This document shows, piece by piece, positions 28,818 to 39,582 of a stretch of 64,000 bases of DNA. How positions within the stretch are numbered: position 1 is the stretch's first letter; the number at the start of each line of letters is the position of its first letter. The position numbers and the translations under genes are program-made. Origin of the DNA: Candidatus Foliamicus sp. (GTDB taxonomy: Bacteria > Pseudomonadota > Gammaproteobacteria > Steroidobacterales > Foliamicaceae); assembly GCA_965206955.1 (NCBI GenBank), contig OZ242252.1:1795771-1859770 (forward strand), given 5' to 3'. A model generated the notes under the pieces. The model saw only the letters and a list, made by a program, of their open reading frames with translations. It was not told where the DNA came from and searched no databases.

Positions 28818-29696
28818 CTACAGCACGTATACGAAAAGGAACAGGCACACCCACACCACGTCAACGAAGTGCCAGTACCAGGACACGGCCTGGAAACCGA
28901 AGTGTTCGTTGGGGGTGAAATGCCCGCGCAGAATCCGGAACCAGGTCACGGTCAGCATGATCGCGCCCAGGGTCACATGCGCACCGTGGAAACCGGTCAG
29001 CATGAAGAAAGTGGAGCCGTAAATTCCGGTGCTGAGGCGCAGGTCGAGATCCTGGTAGGCCTGTAGGTATTCTTCAACCTGGAAGAATATGAAGGCGCCG
29101 CCCAGGAGGACTGTCAGCAGGGTGCCGATATTGAGCAGTCTCCGGTTGTTGTTCTTCAGCGCGTGGTGGGCAATGGTGATCGTTACGCTGGATGTGAGCA
29201 GCAGGGCGGTATTCAGAAGCGGTACGCCGCCCCAGCCCATGGGCTGGAAATTGCCTTCCACATCGCCGCCCCACGGTCCGGGGCCGTTGGTGGGCCAATC
29301 GGACTCGTATCCCGGCCACAGCAGGCTGTTGGTGGCTTCTCCGATGCCGTCGCCGCCCAGCCAGGGCACCGCCAGCGTCCGGGCGTAGAACAGCGCCCCG
29401 AAGAAGCAGACAAAAAACATGACTTCGGAAAAGATGAACCAGGCCATCCCCTGGCGGAACGAACGGTCAACCCAGCCGCTGTAGAGGCCGGCAATGTTCT
29501 CCCGGATCACGGTTCCCAGCCAGCCGAACATCATCACCGTCAGCCCGGCCAGGCCCAGGAACAGCACCGGCCTGCCCGGCGCCGCTCCGTTCAGCCATAG
29601 GGCGCCACCCAAAGCCATGGTGAACATGGACACTGAGGCCACGATCGGCCAGGGGCTGCCGTGCGGTAAGTAGTATTCCGCCTTGGTCTTGGCCAT
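28818..29696 (-). CDS. coxC: Cytochrome c oxidase subunit III
   Basis: 292 aa with seven TM segments and a family-typical C-terminus (...HFGFQAVSWYWHFVDVVWVCLF). Part of the cox operon. Confidence 0.9.
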   Translation of the reverse strand: MAKTKAEYYLPHGSPWPIVASVSMFTMALGGALWLNGAAPGRPVLFLGLAGLTVMMFGWLGTVIRENIAGLYSGWVDRSFRQGMAWFIFSEVMFFVCFFGALFYARTLAVPWLGGDGIGEATNSLLWPGYESDWPTNGPGPWGGDVEGNFQPMGWGGVPLLNTALLLTSSVTITIAHHALKNNNRRLLNIGTLLTVLLGGAFIFFQVEEYLQAYQDLDLRLSTGIYGSTFFMLTGFHGAHVTLGAIMLTVTWFRILRGHFTPNEHFGFQAVSWYWHFVDVVWVCLFLFVYVL

Positions 29697-29706
29697 TAAT
29701 TCCTCC

Positions 29707-30246
29707 TTAACCGGGCTCCGCGGTAAACAGGGTGTATGCCAGCGTCACGGTGTCGATGTGCGCCGGCAATTCAGGATCAATCGTGAAACGAAGCGGCAGT
29801 TCGCGTTCCTCATTGGCCGCGAACGGCTGCGCTTCGAAACAGAAGCAGACCTGCTTGCTGACGTGGCTCACGGCTTCCATCGGCCGCACGCTGGGGAGAG
29901 TCACCGAGACGACGTCCAGAGCAAGCAGGTTGCGGGCCACGAAGTGGGTCTGCGCGGTGCGCCCGGGCGTAACCTCAATACGCAATTCGCCGGGCTCGAA
30001 TTCCCAGGCCGCCTCATTTGGCGTGGTGGCGACGAATTCCACTTTCACCACCCGGTCTTCGTCTATCACTGAAGCGTGGGCAACGCCGCCCGGCTCGGTG
30101 GCCCGGCTGAGACGCTCCGAATCCAGTCCGGTTAGTTCGCAGAACACCTCATACAGGGGCACCAGTAAGAAGGCGAAGGCGAACATGCACGCCACCGCCC
30201 CGCCCAGGGTCAGCACCAGGCGCGGGTTGCCGCCGGCCCGCTTCAT
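29707..30246 (-). CDS. ctaG: Cytochrome c oxidase assembly protein CtaG/Cox11
   Basis: N-terminal TM segment and the Cox11 copper motif CFCFEAQ. ATG at 30246 overlaps the upstream small-ORF stop (ATGA). Confidence 0.88.
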   Translation of the reverse strand: MKRAGGNPRLVLTLGGAVACMFAFAFLLVPLYEVFCELTGLDSERLSRATEPGGVAHASVIDEDRVVKVEFVATTPNEAAWEFEPGELRIEVTPGRTAQTHFVARNLLALDVVSVTLPSVRPMEAVSHVSKQVCFCFEAQPFAANEERELPLRFTIDPELPAHIDTVTLAYTLFTAEPG

Positions 30247-30350
30247 GCCCCGCTCCTCAGCCACTGGGCCAGGATGAAGCCGCCGTAGAACATTGCTGCC
30301 AGCAACACCAGCAGGACGGCGTGGACGCGTTTGCGGGCTGTGGGATGCAT
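30243..30350 (-). CDS. Small single-TM protein (35 aa) between coxA and ctaG
   Basis: MHPTARKRVHAVLLVLLAAMFYGGFILAQWLRSGA. It has an ATGA overlap with ctaG. Only the last 35 codons of the otherwise spurious ORF 30243-31883 are used. Confidence 0.5.
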   Translation of the reverse strand: MHPTARKRVHAVLLVLLAAMFYGGFILAQWLRSGA

Positions 30351-30370
30351 ATGTCTTCTAAACGATCCGG

Positions 30371-31945
30371 TTAGACCTTGGGCGCTGTCTCGAAAGTGTG
30401 GTACGGCGCCGGCGAGGGAACCGTCCATTCCAGCCCCTGCGGATTGTCCCAGACCTCGGTGGTGGCCTTTTGGCCGCCGCGCACGCACTTGACGATCATT
30501 ATCACAAGCAGCAGTTGCGAAAGGCCGAACCCGAAAGCGCCGATCGTCGAGATCATGTTGAACTCGGTAAATTGCACGGCGTAGTCCGGAATGCGCCGCG
30601 GCATGCTGGCCAGCCCCAGGAAATGCTGCGGGAAGAACAATACGTTCACGAACACGGCCGATAGCCAGAAGTGCCACTTGCCCAGGGTCTCGTTGTACAT
30701 GTAGCCCGTCCACTTGGGCAGCCAGTAGTAGACCCCGGAAATCACCCCGAAAATGGCGCCCGGGACCAGTACGTAGTGGAAATGCGCCACCACGAAATAG
30801 GTGTCGTGGTACTCGATGTCGGCCGGGACCAGGGCCAGCATCAGGCCGGAGAACCCGCCGATGGTAAAGAGGATTACGAAGGCCAGGGCGAACAGCATCG
30901 GCGTCTCGAAACTGATTGATCCGCGCCATAGCGTCGCCACCCAGTTGAAGATCTTCACTCCGGTGGGCACCGCGATGAACATGGTGGAGATCATGAAGAA
31001 CAGCAGGCCCGCCTGCGGCATGCCCACGGTAAACATGTGGTGCGCCCAGACGATGTAGGAAAGAAACGCAATCGCCGAAGTCGCGATCACCATGGAGGTA
31101 TAGCCGAACAGCGGCTTGCGCGCAAAGGTGGGAATGACCTGCGAAATGATGCCGAACGCCGGAAGGATGAGGATGTACACCTCCGGATGGCCGAAGAACC
31201 AGAAGATGTGCTGGAACATCACCGGGTCGCCGCCGCCCGCCGCCAGGAAGAAACTGGTGTCGAAATAGCGGTCCGTCAGCAGCATGGTGATGGCGCCGGC
31301 CAGCACCGGCATGGCGCCGATCAGCAGGTAGGCGGTAATCAGCCAGGTCCACACGAACAGCGGCATCTTCATAAAGCCCATGCCGGGCGCGCGCATATTG
31401 GTGATGGTCACGATGATGTTGATCGCACCCAGGATCGAGGACGCGCCCAGCATGTGGAGCGAAAACACCACGAAGGGGAAGGCGTCTCCCGTCTGCAGGA
31501 CCAGCGGCGGATACAGCGTCCAGCCGCCCGCCGGACCGCCCCCCGGCATGAACAGCGTCGACAGCAGCAGCAGGAAAGCCGGCGGCAGGATCCAGAAGCT
31601 CCAGTTGTTCATGCGTGGCAGCGCCATGTCGGGCGCACCCACCATCAGCGGGATCTGCCAGTTGGCCAGCCCCACGAAGGCCGGCATCAGGGCGCCGAAA
31701 ATCATCACCAGCGCGTGCATGGTAGTCATCTGGTTGAAGAAATGCGGGTCCACCAGCTGCAGGCCCGGCTGGAACAGCTCCGTGCGGATGATCAGCGCCA
31801 TGGCGCCGCCCACCAGGAACATGATCAGGCTGAATACCAGGTACAGCGTGCCGATGTCCTTGTGATTGGTGGTGGTCAGCCACCGCCAGATTCCCGAGGC
31901 GTGCGGGCCGTCGTGATGTTCTTGTGCGTGGGTTGTATCGCTCAT
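30371..31945 (-). CDS. coxA: Cytochrome c oxidase subunit I (aa3-type)
   Basis: 524 aa with canonical haem-copper oxidase sequence ([15 protein letters not shown]...[14 protein letters not shown]...HHMFTVGM...). Confidence 0.95.
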   Translation of the reverse strand: MSDTTHAQEHHDGPHASGIWRWLTTTNHKDIGTLYLVFSLIMFLVGGAMALIIRTELFQPGLQLVDPHFFNQMTTMHALVMIFGALMPAFVGLANWQIPLMVGAPDMALPRMNNWSFWILPPAFLLLLSTLFMPGGGPAGGWTLYPPLVLQTGDAFPFVVFSLHMLGASSILGAINIIVTITNMRAPGMGFMKMPLFVWTWLITAYLLIGAMPVLAGAITMLLTDRYFDTSFFLAAGGGDPVMFQHIFWFFGHPEVYILILPAFGIISQVIPTFARKPLFGYTSMVIATSAIAFLSYIVWAHHMFTVGMPQAGLLFFMISTMFIAVPTGVKIFNWVATLWRGSISFETPMLFALAFVILFTIGGFSGLMLALVPADIEYHDTYFVVAHFHYVLVPGAIFGVISGVYYWLPKWTGYMYNETLGKWHFWLSAVFVNVLFFPQHFLGLASMPRRIPDYAVQFTEFNMISTIGAFGFGLSQLLLVIMIVKCVRGGQKATTEVWDNPQGLEWTVPSPAPYHTFETAPKV

Positions 31946-31962
31946 TTTCAGTAATACCCCGG

Positions 31963-32832
31963 TTATCGGGCGGTTGCGCCGCTGCCGGCAGGCAAAGCGG
32001 CCTGGCTCATGATTGCTTCAGGTTGTTCCTCGTCGGATTGCGCGGCCACCCATGCGGCAAACTCTTCTTCCGGCAGGGCTTCCACCACGATCGGCATGAA
32101 TCCGTGTCCGCGCCCGCAAAGTTCCGCGCACTGTCCGCGATATACACCCGGTTCCCTGATCCTGAACCAGGTCTCGTTGATCGTGCCGGGGACCGCATCG
32201 CGCTTGACGTAAAGCTCCGGCACCCACCAGCCGTGAATGACGTCGTTGGAAGTCAGCTGCAGCTTCACCTTGCGGTTGACCGGCACCACCATCCGCTTGT
32301 CCACGTTGCGCAGGTAGTGCTCGGTTTCATGCACGCTACGGTCCGAGTGCAATATCGCCGCTGCCTTGCTCGCCTCGTCGATGTTGCTGAAAAAGTCGAT
32401 GCCGTGATCCAGATACTCGTAGCGCCATTTCCATTGATAGCCGGTTACCAGGATTCTCAAGTCGGCTGATTGGGTGTCCTCCATTTCTATCAGCACCCGC
32501 GCGGTTGGAATCGCCAGGCCGACCAGGATCAGGACGGGAATCACGGTCCAGATGATTTCCGCCTTGGTGCTGTGGCTGAACTTGGCCGCCTGCGCGCCCT
32601 GCGACTTGCGGAACTTCACCAGCGAGTAGCCGATCGCCCCGAACACGATCACGCCCATAACGACGCAAACGATCAGGGCCATGTGGTGCAGGCCGCGTAC
32701 CTTGTCTCCGAGTTCCGTGGCGCTGGCCGGAAAATCCAGAGCCCAATCCGCGGCTGCCGGACCGGCCGCTACCAGCGCGGCGCCCGCCATTGCCAGGATC
32801 AGCCAGCCCCTGTGTGCCTTGCTGCGTTTCAT
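31963..32832 (-). CDS. coxB: Cytochrome c oxidase subunit II
   Basis: Signal/TM N-terminus from the ATG at 32832 and CuA motif [12 protein letters not shown]. Confidence 0.9.
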   Translation of the reverse strand: MKRSKAHRGWLILAMAGAALVAAGPAAADWALDFPASATELGDKVRGLHHMALIVCVVMGVIVFGAIGYSLVKFRKSQGAQAAKFSHSTKAEIIWTVIPVLILVGLAIPTARVLIEMEDTQSADLRILVTGYQWKWRYEYLDHGIDFFSNIDEASKAAAILHSDRSVHETEHYLRNVDKRMVVPVNRKVKLQLTSNDVIHGWWVPELYVKRDAVPGTINETWFRIREPGVYRGQCAELCGRGHGFMPIVVEALPEEEFAAWVAAQSDEEQPEAIMSQAALPAGSGATAR

Positions 32833-33326
32833 CAAACAGTCGCTCCTTGTTTTTTCGGGGGTACCGGGTCGCGGGTCAGTTCGCGCAAACGCCGGCACAA
32901 CGATTGCCTTTCTTCCTCCGTCAGGCAGGCAGCCAGCTCGCAAGACGAGCCGCCTGCGCCTAAAAAAAGGCGTCCTGGCAAGGCAGGACGCGGGCCGGGT
33001 TCAATCCAGGCTCGAGTCCGGGGCCGGGGAAATTCTACATGCTCTTGACGACCGGCATAACCCCGCCGGACTCTCACGAAGCGTGTGCCGAAACCAATGA
33101 CTTCACGGTAGCCGCCCCGATGCACGGTAATCGCCAGGGCGATGCCCAAAACCACCAGTTCCAGGCCCGCAAACGGCAGGATCAGCCAGTAGCCTCGCAG
33201 CGCCCAGGCGACCGCCACTGGGAGCACCGGAAGCGTCATTGCGAGGAAAAGCAATACCGCGCCACGACCGGTGAAATTGCAGTTGGGGCGGATGACGATG
33301 CGGGGGGCAGGCTTGCCGATTTTCAT
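32832..33326 (-). CDS. DUF2244-like integral membrane protein associated with cytochrome oxidase operons
   Basis: Two TM segments (AVLLFLAMTLPVLPVAVAWAL and YWLILPFAGLELVVLGIALAI). It sits directly upstream of coxB, and its stop abuts the coxB start. Confidence 0.6.
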   Translation of the reverse strand: MKIGKPAPRIVIRPNCNFTGRGAVLLFLAMTLPVLPVAVAWALRGYWLILPFAGLELVVLGIALAITVHRGGYREVIGFGTRFVRVRRGYAGRQEHVEFPRPRTRAWIEPGPRPALPGRLFLGAGGSSCELAACLTEEERQSLCRRLRELTRDPVPPKKQGATV

Positions 33327-33372
33327 CGCCTTGCAATTCTACCGGGATTGTCCTCTCTGCGGGAACGCGAGA

Positions 33373-33742
33373 CCCTGGGAAGGAGGGCGCCCTGGGAGGG
33401 AGGGCGCCCTGGGAGGGAGGGCTTCCAGCCCTCCACGAGGGCGAGACGCCCTAGGTCCCAGGCGGTTGCTCCCAGGCCCTCGCGCCCTGGGAGGGAGGGC
33501 TTCCAGCCCTCCACGAGGGCAGGATGCCCTCGGTCCCAGGCGGTTGCTCCTATGGCCTCGCTCGCTGGGAGGGAGGGCTTCCAGCCCTCCACGAGGGCAG
33601 GATGCCCTCGGTCCCAGGCCCTCGGTCCCAGGCCCTCGGTCCCAGGCCCTCGGTCCCAGGCGGTTGCTCCTATGGCCTCGCTCGCTGGGAGGGAGGGCTT
33701 CCAGCCCTCCACGAGGGCAGGATGCCCTCGGTCCCAGGGAGG
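33373..33742. repeat. Large REP-like array (about 370 bp) with a 78-nt internal duplication and 3x 14-nt tandem CCCTCGGTCCCAGG
   Basis: Read directly from the sequence. Contains the hairpin types GAGGGCTTCCAGCCCTC, GAGGGCAGGATGCCCTC and GAGGGCGAGACGCCCT. Confidence 0.9.
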
Positions 33743-33814
33743 GGGCGCACCTGGCGTGGCGCAGGGTCCTTTGAATGCTCTATCCTTGCGGCCCCCACGT
33801 CACCTTTCCTGACT

Positions 33815-35848
33815 ATGAAACTACGTATTGCCGCCGCCTTGCTTTTTATTGCCGCGGGCCTTCAGGCCGCCCAGCCGAATTTCTCTCCGCAAGACGTGTT
33901 CGCACTGGCCTATGCCAGCGATCCCCAGGTGAGTCCCGACGGCTCTTTCGTGGTCTATACGCACAACTTCATGGACATCATGGAGGACCGCCGCCGCTCC
34001 AATTTGTGGCGCATGGATATCGACGGCGAAAATGCGCGCCCACTGACCACCGGCGCGGTGAACGATCGCGGCGCGCGCATCGCGCCGGACAACCAGCGGG
34101 TGGCGTACCTGTCCAGCGACGGTCGGGGCGTGCAGATTTTCGTGCGCTGGATCGACAGCGGCGAAACGCTGCAGCTTACCCGCCTGGATCGGGCGCCGCG
34201 CAGCCTCGCCTGGTCGCCCGACGGCAAGTGGCTGGCGTTTGCGCTGCTGGTACCTTCCAAGCCCCCGGTGATGGGCAAGCTGCCCGAAAAGCCCAGGGGA
34301 GCGAACTGGGCCGAGCCGCCGGTGGTTGTGGAGCGCGCAGTGTTTCGCATCGACGGGGCAGGGGTCTTGCCGCACGGACATACCCACGTATTCGTGGTCT
34401 CGGCACAGGGCGGTGCGCCTCGCCAACTCACGTCCGGTGACTACAATCAAGGTGGCTCTATTGCCTGGTCGTCGGATAGCCAGAGCATTTATTTCACCGG
34501 CAACCGCCACGAGGATGCTGAACTCAAACCCTCCAATACGGAAATCTATCGCGTAGGCATGGACGGCGGTGAGATCGTTGCCCTGACGGATCGCGAAGGA
34601 CCGGACAATCTCGTGTCCGTATCGCCCCACGGCGGGATGCTGGCCTGGACCGGCTATGACGACCGGATGCGCAGCTATCAGATTACCCGCATGTACACGA
34701 TGAACAGCGACGGCAGCGAGCGGCGGGAATTGCTGCCGGAGCTGGACCGGGACGTATCCAGGCCCCGCTGGTCGGCCGACGGCAAGGGCTTGTACTTTGC
34801 CTACGACGACCAGGGACTGACCAAACTGGCGTATGCGGACTTGCGCGGCAATCTCACGGAAATCAGCAGCGAATTGGGCGGTCTGGCGCTGACGCGGCCC
34901 TACACGGGCGCGCAATTCTCGGTGGGTGGCGGCAATGCCTACGCGATTACCCGGGGCGATGCGCTGTCGCCTGCCGATATCGCAGCCGGCCGGGGGCTGG
35001 CCGCGCCGAAACGCCTGACCCGGCTCAACGCCAATCTTCTTGACTACCGTGAACTCGGGAAAGTCGAGGAGTTCCGGTTCAAGTCGAAATTCGACGGCCA
35101 AGAGATTCATACCTGGGTGGTGTGGCCTCCCGGCTTCGACGCCTCAAGGAAATATCCGTTGCTGCTGGAGATTCACGGCGGCCCGCATGCCGCTTACGGG
35201 CCGCATTTCTCCGTGGAAGTGCAGCTGTACGCCGCCGCCGGTTACGTGGTCGTATATGCCAACCCCAGGGGCAGCACCAGCTACGGCGATGAATTCGGCA
35301 GCTATATCCACCACAACTATCCCAGCGAAGACTACGACGACCTGATGTCGGTGGTGGATGCGGTGATCGACCGCGGTGTCATCGACAGCGATCAGCTCTA
35401 CGTGACCGGCGGTAGCGGCGGCGGGGTGCTGACCGCCTGGATTGTCGGCAAGACCGACCGTTTCCGGGCGGCGGTGGTGGCCAAGCCGGTGATCAACTGG
35501 ATCAGCTTCGCCTTGAGCGCGGACCTGGCGCTGATGTTCTCGCAATACTGGTTTCCCGCCATGCCCTGGGAGGATCCCATGGGCTATTGGAAGCGTTCGC
35601 CGCTGTCGCTGGCCGGCAATGTCACTACGCCCACCATGCTGCTGACGGGCGAACAGGACTGGCGAACCCCCATGTGGGAGTCGGAGCAGTACTACCAGGC
35701 GCTCAAGCTGCAAGGCGTGGAAACCGCGCTGGTGCGGATTCCGGGCGCTTCGCACAGCATCGCCGCGCGGCCCAGCCAGTTGGCGGCCAAGGTCAGCGCG
35801 GTGCTGGAATGGTTCGACCGGCACAGTGGCAAGGAAAACGAGGAATAG
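33815..35848 (+). CDS. S9 family serine peptidase (prolyl oligopeptidase / acylaminoacyl-peptidase-like) with N-terminal beta-propeller
   Basis: ATG at 33815 with signal peptide MKLRIAAALLFIAAGLQAA, nucleophile elbow GGSGGG, and a C-terminal alpha/beta-hydrolase region. The REP-spanning 5' extension from 33524 was rejected. Confidence 0.85.
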   Translation: MKLRIAAALLFIAAGLQAAQPNFSPQDVFALAYASDPQVSPDGSFVVYTHNFMDIMEDRRRSNLWRMDIDGENARPLTTGAVNDRGARIAPDNQRVAYLSSDGRGVQIFVRWIDSGETLQLTRLDRAPRSLAWSPDGKWLAFALLVPSKPPVMGKLPEKPRGANWAEPPVVVERAVFRIDGAGVLPHGHTHVFVVSAQGGAPRQLTSGDYNQGGSIAWSSDSQSIYFTGNRHEDAELKPSNTEIYRVGMDGGEIVALTDREGPDNLVSVSPHGGMLAWTGYDDRMRSYQITRMYTMNSDGSERRELLPELDRDVSRPRWSADGKGLYFAYDDQGLTKLAYADLRGNLTEISSELGGLALTRPYTGAQFSVGGGNAYAITRGDALSPADIAAGRGLAAPKRLTRLNANLLDYRELGKVEEFRFKSKFDGQEIHTWVVWPPGFDASRKYPLLLEIHGGPHAAYGPHFSVEVQLYAAAGYVVVYANPRGSTSYGDEFGSYIHHNYPSEDYDDLMSVVDAVIDRGVIDSDQLYVTGGSGGGVLTAWIVGKTDRFRAAVVAKPVINWISFALSADLALMFSQYWFPAMPWEDPMGYWKRSPLSLAGNVTTPTMLLTGEQDWRTPMWESEQYYQALKLQGVETALVRIPGASHSIAARPSQLAAKVSAVLEWFDRHSGKENEE

Positions 35849-35955
35849 GCAGCGTTACACCGCCTTTTTGTTGAAGCTGACACCTTTGCACAGCGCGCCG
35901 CATTTGGTACAGTTCGCGCCTGTCGCTGAAAGTGGCGGGAATCAAGTTTCGAACC

Positions 35956-36612
35956 ATGAAAAGAGTCTTAGTGCTGTGCCTTTTGGCGTGGACCGCCCCG
36001 CTGCAATCTTTCGGGGCCGAGCCGGACCTTGAGCGCGGCAAGCAGTTGTATTTCTTCTGTGGCACCTGCCACGGTCAGGAAGGCGAGGGCAACTCCCTCT
36101 TGAATACGCCTGCCGCCGGCAAGCAGGACTCCTGGTATGTCGAGCGGCAGCTTCAAAATTACCGAGCCAACCTGCGCGGGTATTTGAGCCCGGCTGAAGA
36201 CATTTACGGTTTCCAGATGAAAAACATGGCGATCGCGCAGGTTCCGGATGAACAGTCGATTATCGATATGGCGGCCTATATGCAGTCCATGGCGCCGCCC
36301 GAGTCGCTGCCCACTACGGTGAATGGCGATCCGGAAGAAGGACGCAAGGTCTATGAGGCCACTTGCATTGCCTGCCATGGCGAGAATGGCGAAGGCTCGA
36401 CCGTCCTGGGTGCGCCGCGGCTCTCCAACCAGCACGACTGGTATCTGCTGCGGCAGTTGAAGGACTTCTTGAGCGGCGCCCGCGGCTGGGAGCGCGACGA
36501 CATTTTCGGCACCCAGATGCGCTACATGGCTCAGTTGCTGGATACCGAGCAGAAGCAAAAGGACGTGATCGCGTACATCGCCACGTTCAAATTCACCGAG
36601 CAGCGCGACTAA
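35956..36612 (+). CDS. Di-haem c-type cytochrome
   Basis: Signal peptide MKRVLVLCLLAWTAPLQSFG and two CxxCH motifs (CGTCH, CIACH). Confidence 0.8.
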   Translation: MKRVLVLCLLAWTAPLQSFGAEPDLERGKQLYFFCGTCHGQEGEGNSLLNTPAAGKQDSWYVERQLQNYRANLRGYLSPAEDIYGFQMKNMAIAQVPDEQSIIDMAAYMQSMAPPESLPTTVNGDPEEGRKVYEATCIACHGENGEGSTVLGAPRLSNQHDWYLLRQLKDFLSGARGWERDDIFGTQMRYMAQLLDTEQKQKDVIAYIATFKFTEQRD

Positions 36613-36613
36613 C

Positions 36614-36736
36614 CCCCGGGAGCGAGCGCATCCTCCTGGGAGCGAGGGCATCTTCCTGGGAAGGAGGGCATCTTGCCCTCCAGCGAGGGCTGGAAGCCCT
36701 CGCCCCCAGGGGAGGGCAGGATGCCCTCTTTCCCAG
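36614..36736. repeat. REP-like array
   Basis: Contains GAGGGCTGGAAGCCCTC and GAGGGCAGGATGCCCTC units plus degenerate copies. It lies between convergent genes. Confidence 0.85.
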
Positions 36737-36751
36737 CGTCCTTCTCAGCAG

Positions 36752-37699
36752 CTACCTGAGCGCTTCGTAGACGAATTGCGCCGCCGCCAGGTCCTGGGCG
36801 GTGTTGCCCAGGCTCACGTAGAGCGTGATTTCGCGTTCATCACGCCGTCCGTCGATCCGTCCGTCGATCACGGCGCCGATTTCACCGCAGAGGTCGTTTT
36901 CCGACATCCGTCCTTCCTCTATTGCGAGCAGGATGTCGCCGGCTTCCTGCATGGCGAAGCTGGTTATCTCGGTGAACACCCGCGCACGGCCCAGCGTCTC
37001 CCCGTTCGCTTCGCGTGTCTTGGGAGTATGCGAGCCAACCAGGTTGACGTGACAGCCCGGCGCCAGCCAACGGCCTTCGATAATGGGCTCCGTGGCGCTG
37101 CTCACGGCACAGACGATATCCGCGCCGCGTAGCGCTTCACGGGCCGTATCAACGGCGACAACGGTCAGCTGGTTGCCCGCATGGCGGCCGGCAAAGCGCC
37201 TGGCTGTTTCAATACTCGGCCCCCACACGCGCACTTCACACACGGGCCGCACGCAACACATCGCCTCAAGGTGGGTCTCGGCCTGCACGCCGTAGCCCAG
37301 CAGCGCCAGGACCCGGGAATCCGGGCGGGCCAGCTCGCGGGTGGCGGCTCCGCTGGCGGCGGCGGTGCGTATGGCAGTGATTGAAGCGCCATCGATCACG
37401 GCGCCCGGCGTACCTGTATCCCGGTCGAACAGCACGATGCAGCCTTGTATTGCCGGCAGGTCGCGGCTTGGATTGTCGGGGTACAGGCTTATCAGTTTGG
37501 CGCCGAAGGCGGACGGAATTTCGCCGGGCATCAGACCCAGGGCGCCCCGGCCGTCGGCAACCGGCACAAAGGACCGCAACGGCAGTGTTATCTCGCCGCG
37601 CGAAATCGCACTCTGCGTATCCCCCATCAAGTCAATGCACGCGTCCATGCCAAGAACGCGGCGCACAGTCGGCGCGTCGATGAAGGGTATGCCGCTCAA
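36752..37699 (-). CDS. Ornithine cyclodeaminase / mu-crystallin family protein
   Basis: 315 aa with family-typical sequence (...ITAIRTAAASGAATRELARPDS..LALLGYGVQA..HLEA...) and a Rossmann fold. Confidence 0.85.
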   Translation of the reverse strand: MSGIPFIDAPTVRRVLGMDACIDLMGDTQSAISRGEITLPLRSFVPVADGRGALGLMPGEIPSAFGAKLISLYPDNPSRDLPAIQGCIVLFDRDTGTPGAVIDGASITAIRTAAASGAATRELARPDSRVLALLGYGVQAETHLEAMCCVRPVCEVRVWGPSIETARRFAGRHAGNQLTVVAVDTAREALRGADIVCAVSSATEPIIEGRWLAPGCHVNLVGSHTPKTREANGETLGRARVFTEITSFAMQEAGDILLAIEEGRMSENDLCGEIGAVIDGRIDGRRDEREITLYVSLGNTAQDLAAAQFVYEALR

Positions 37700-38103
37700 C
37701 CGACCGGGCTGTCCGGCGCTTTGCCCAGGTATAGCGAGGGTCCGTAGCTGTGCGCGCCGTCAACGTCCAGACGAACGCGGTAGCGGCCCGGCTCCGGAAA
37801 GGTCACGTCTTCCAGCGGCAAATTGAGTTGCGTTCGGGGCGGGGCTGCGGATCCCGGCGTTTCTTCCACTTCGCTGAATCCCTGGACGGTAAAGATCACC
37901 TTGTCGCCGGGATCCAGCAGTTCAATGAGAAACGGCACGCGCCCGCGTTCGCCCTCATTCCAGCTCAGCAGGCCGGAGAGGCGCATGCGCGGCTGGCGCG
38001 CCGGAAACGAAGGTGCGCGCAGTTCGTCGAATATGCCGCCGATTTCGAGTTGGCCGGACTTATCGGAACCGGCCCGGTGGCAGAAAAAAAGTGTGCTCTC
38101 CAT
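37696..38103 (-). CDS. Hypothetical protein (135 aa)
   Basis: ATG at 38103. Its stop overlaps the start of the OCD-family gene. No family was recognised. Confidence 0.5.
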   Translation of the reverse strand: MESTLFFCHRAGSDKSGQLEIGGIFDELRAPSFPARQPRMRLSGLLSWNEGERGRVPFLIELLDPGDKVIFTVQGFSEVEETPGSAAPPRTQLNLPLEDVTFPEPGRYRVRLDVDGAHSYGPSLYLGKAPDSPVG

Positions 38104-38280
38104 ATGCGCAGTGTACCCAGTGTGCTGTCGCTCAAATACCCTCGTTAATCTGCGGGTAATTTGCGGGCAGCACACTACGAAACCGCATAAAATAGGCAGG
38201 TCGATAGCGTGCGACTCTTGTGTCGGCCAGTGGAAACAGATACCGTTCGCGCCGGTTTGCCAGTGAAGTAGAGGAACAGA

Positions 38281-39051
38281 ATGAAGCGTATTGGCTATTT
38301 AGTAATCAGTGCCGCCGCCATGGTCGCGGCGGGAACCGCCCAGGCCGCCGGTGACGCCACCCGCGGACAGGCCGAATTTGAAGTATGCACCGTGTGCCAC
38401 GGTGAGAACGGCGAGGGCTTCGAGAAGTACGGCGCCCCCAGCATCGGCGGCCAGGAAGACTGGTACGTGATCACCACATTGAAGAATTTCCGCGCTGGCC
38501 TGCGCGCCAAGGACAACTGCGGCGTGGCCGATGTGGCCGGAACCCTGGAAAGGGCCAAGGCGCAGTCTCCCTCGTATGCCGACATCGAGAGTGAATTGGC
38601 AAGCCATTTCGACGGCACGCTGCCCGCCGGTGGCGACTGCAGCCAGCCTTCGGCCGACGTTTACGGGCCGTTAATGCGGGCCATCTCCCTGACGCTGGCC
38701 GACGATCAGGCCGTTGAAGACCTGGCCGCCTACGTAAGCTCCCTGTCACCGCCGATGCCGGCCGCGACTATCGAAGGCGACGTCACTGCCGGCACCACCG
38801 GCTACGCCACTTGCATTGCCTGCCACGGAGTGAACGGCGAGGGCAACCAGTTGCTCAACGCGCCGGCCGTAGCAGGGCAGCATGACTGGTACACCGTGCG
38901 GCAGTTGGAGAACTACATCTCGGGAATTCGCGGCAGCAATCCGGCCAATATCTTTGACACACAGATGCGGCCCATGGCTATGGTTCTGCCCACGCCGGCA
39001 GCAATCACCAACGTAACCGCCTACATCAACACCCTTACCCCGGCCCCATAG
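38281..39051 (+). CDS. Di-haem c-type cytochrome
   Basis: Signal peptide and two CxxCH motifs (CTVCH, CIACH). Confidence 0.8.
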   Translation: MKRIGYLVISAAAMVAAGTAQAAGDATRGQAEFEVCTVCHGENGEGFEKYGAPSIGGQEDWYVITTLKNFRAGLRAKDNCGVADVAGTLERAKAQSPSYADIESELASHFDGTLPAGGDCSQPSADVYGPLMRAISLTLADDQAVEDLAAYVSSLSPPMPAATIEGDVTAGTTGYATCIACHGVNGEGNQLLNAPAVAGQHDWYTVRQLENYISGIRGSNPANIFDTQMRPMAMVLPTPAAITNVTAYINTLTPAP

Positions 39052-39242
39052 GCCAGCCCGCTTCGGCGGGTCCGGGTCGCAACAGGTTTGCTGCTGTCAG
39101 CGTGCTTGTAGTACGTATTAAGTATTCGCGTTATCCTCCTGTAAAAGAAGGTTTTTAATCTTCCTGAAACGCGCAGCCTGAGCCCATCCAGGCACAGGAA
39201 GTATGATCACGAGTCCAGCTTATTTCTTTAGGAGAAGGACTT

Positions 39243-39515
39243 ATGGAAAGTGCGGCAATCTTCAACCTGGTCATCGCCGTAGTTGTGGCGCTGGTGATGT
39301 CGAAGGCGCTCAAGGTGGTGACGCGTGAAGGCGATATCTGGACATTGCTTGCCCGGATCGCCCTTTGCTATGCCGGAGCCGTCTGCGGCGGCCAAATGCT
39401 CGGGCTAGAGTTGGTCTCGTTTATGGGCGTCAATGTGGTGTCCTCCGTGCTCGGCGCCGCGGGCTTGTATCTCATCGTGGTCGAAGGGATCAAGAGCATC
39501 CGGGGCGATTCGTAA
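39243..39515 (+). CDS. Small membrane protein (90 aa)
   Basis: Three hydrophobic segments, with GGAGAAGG 5 nt upstream of the ATG. Confidence 0.55.
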   Translation: MESAAIFNLVIAVVVALVMSKALKVVTREGDIWTLLARIALCYAGAVCGGQMLGLELVSFMGVNVVSSVLGAAGLYLIVVEGIKSIRGDS

Positions 39516-39554
39516 CGCTGGTAAGCCGTCAAGGCATTACTGAGTAACACCGGG

Positions 39555-39580
39555 GCGCCGGGGCCGCCCGGCGCTTTCTT
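39555..39580. terminator. Rho-independent terminator-like hairpin between convergent genes
   Basis: GCGCCGGG-GCCG-CCCGGCGC (8-bp stem) followed by TTTCTT. Confidence 0.6.
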
Positions 39581-39582
39581 CC

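Noticed and set aside
30243-31883. 546-aa ORF overlapping coxA in another frame.
   Set aside because: coxA (30371-31945) is unmistakable, and the alternative frame is a Gly/Arg/Pro/His-rich artefact. Only its last 35 codons (30243-30350) are kept, as a plausible small TM protein.
33524-33814. 5' extension of the S9 peptidase ORF through the REP array (ORF-track start at 33524). Similar extensions occur for trxB (to 42133), coxB (to 32943), cytochrome c4 (to 28854) and the DoxX gene (to 25588).
   Set aside because: Internal ATG codons followed by signal peptides or conserved N-termini give proteins of normal family length. The extensions are REP-derived or overlap neighbouring genes.
39057-39070. 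Small hairpin CCCGC-TTCG-GCGGG immediately after the 38281-39051 cytochrome gene, as a possible terminator.
   Set aside because: The stem is only 5 bp and there is no following T-tract. It is too weak to call as a feature.
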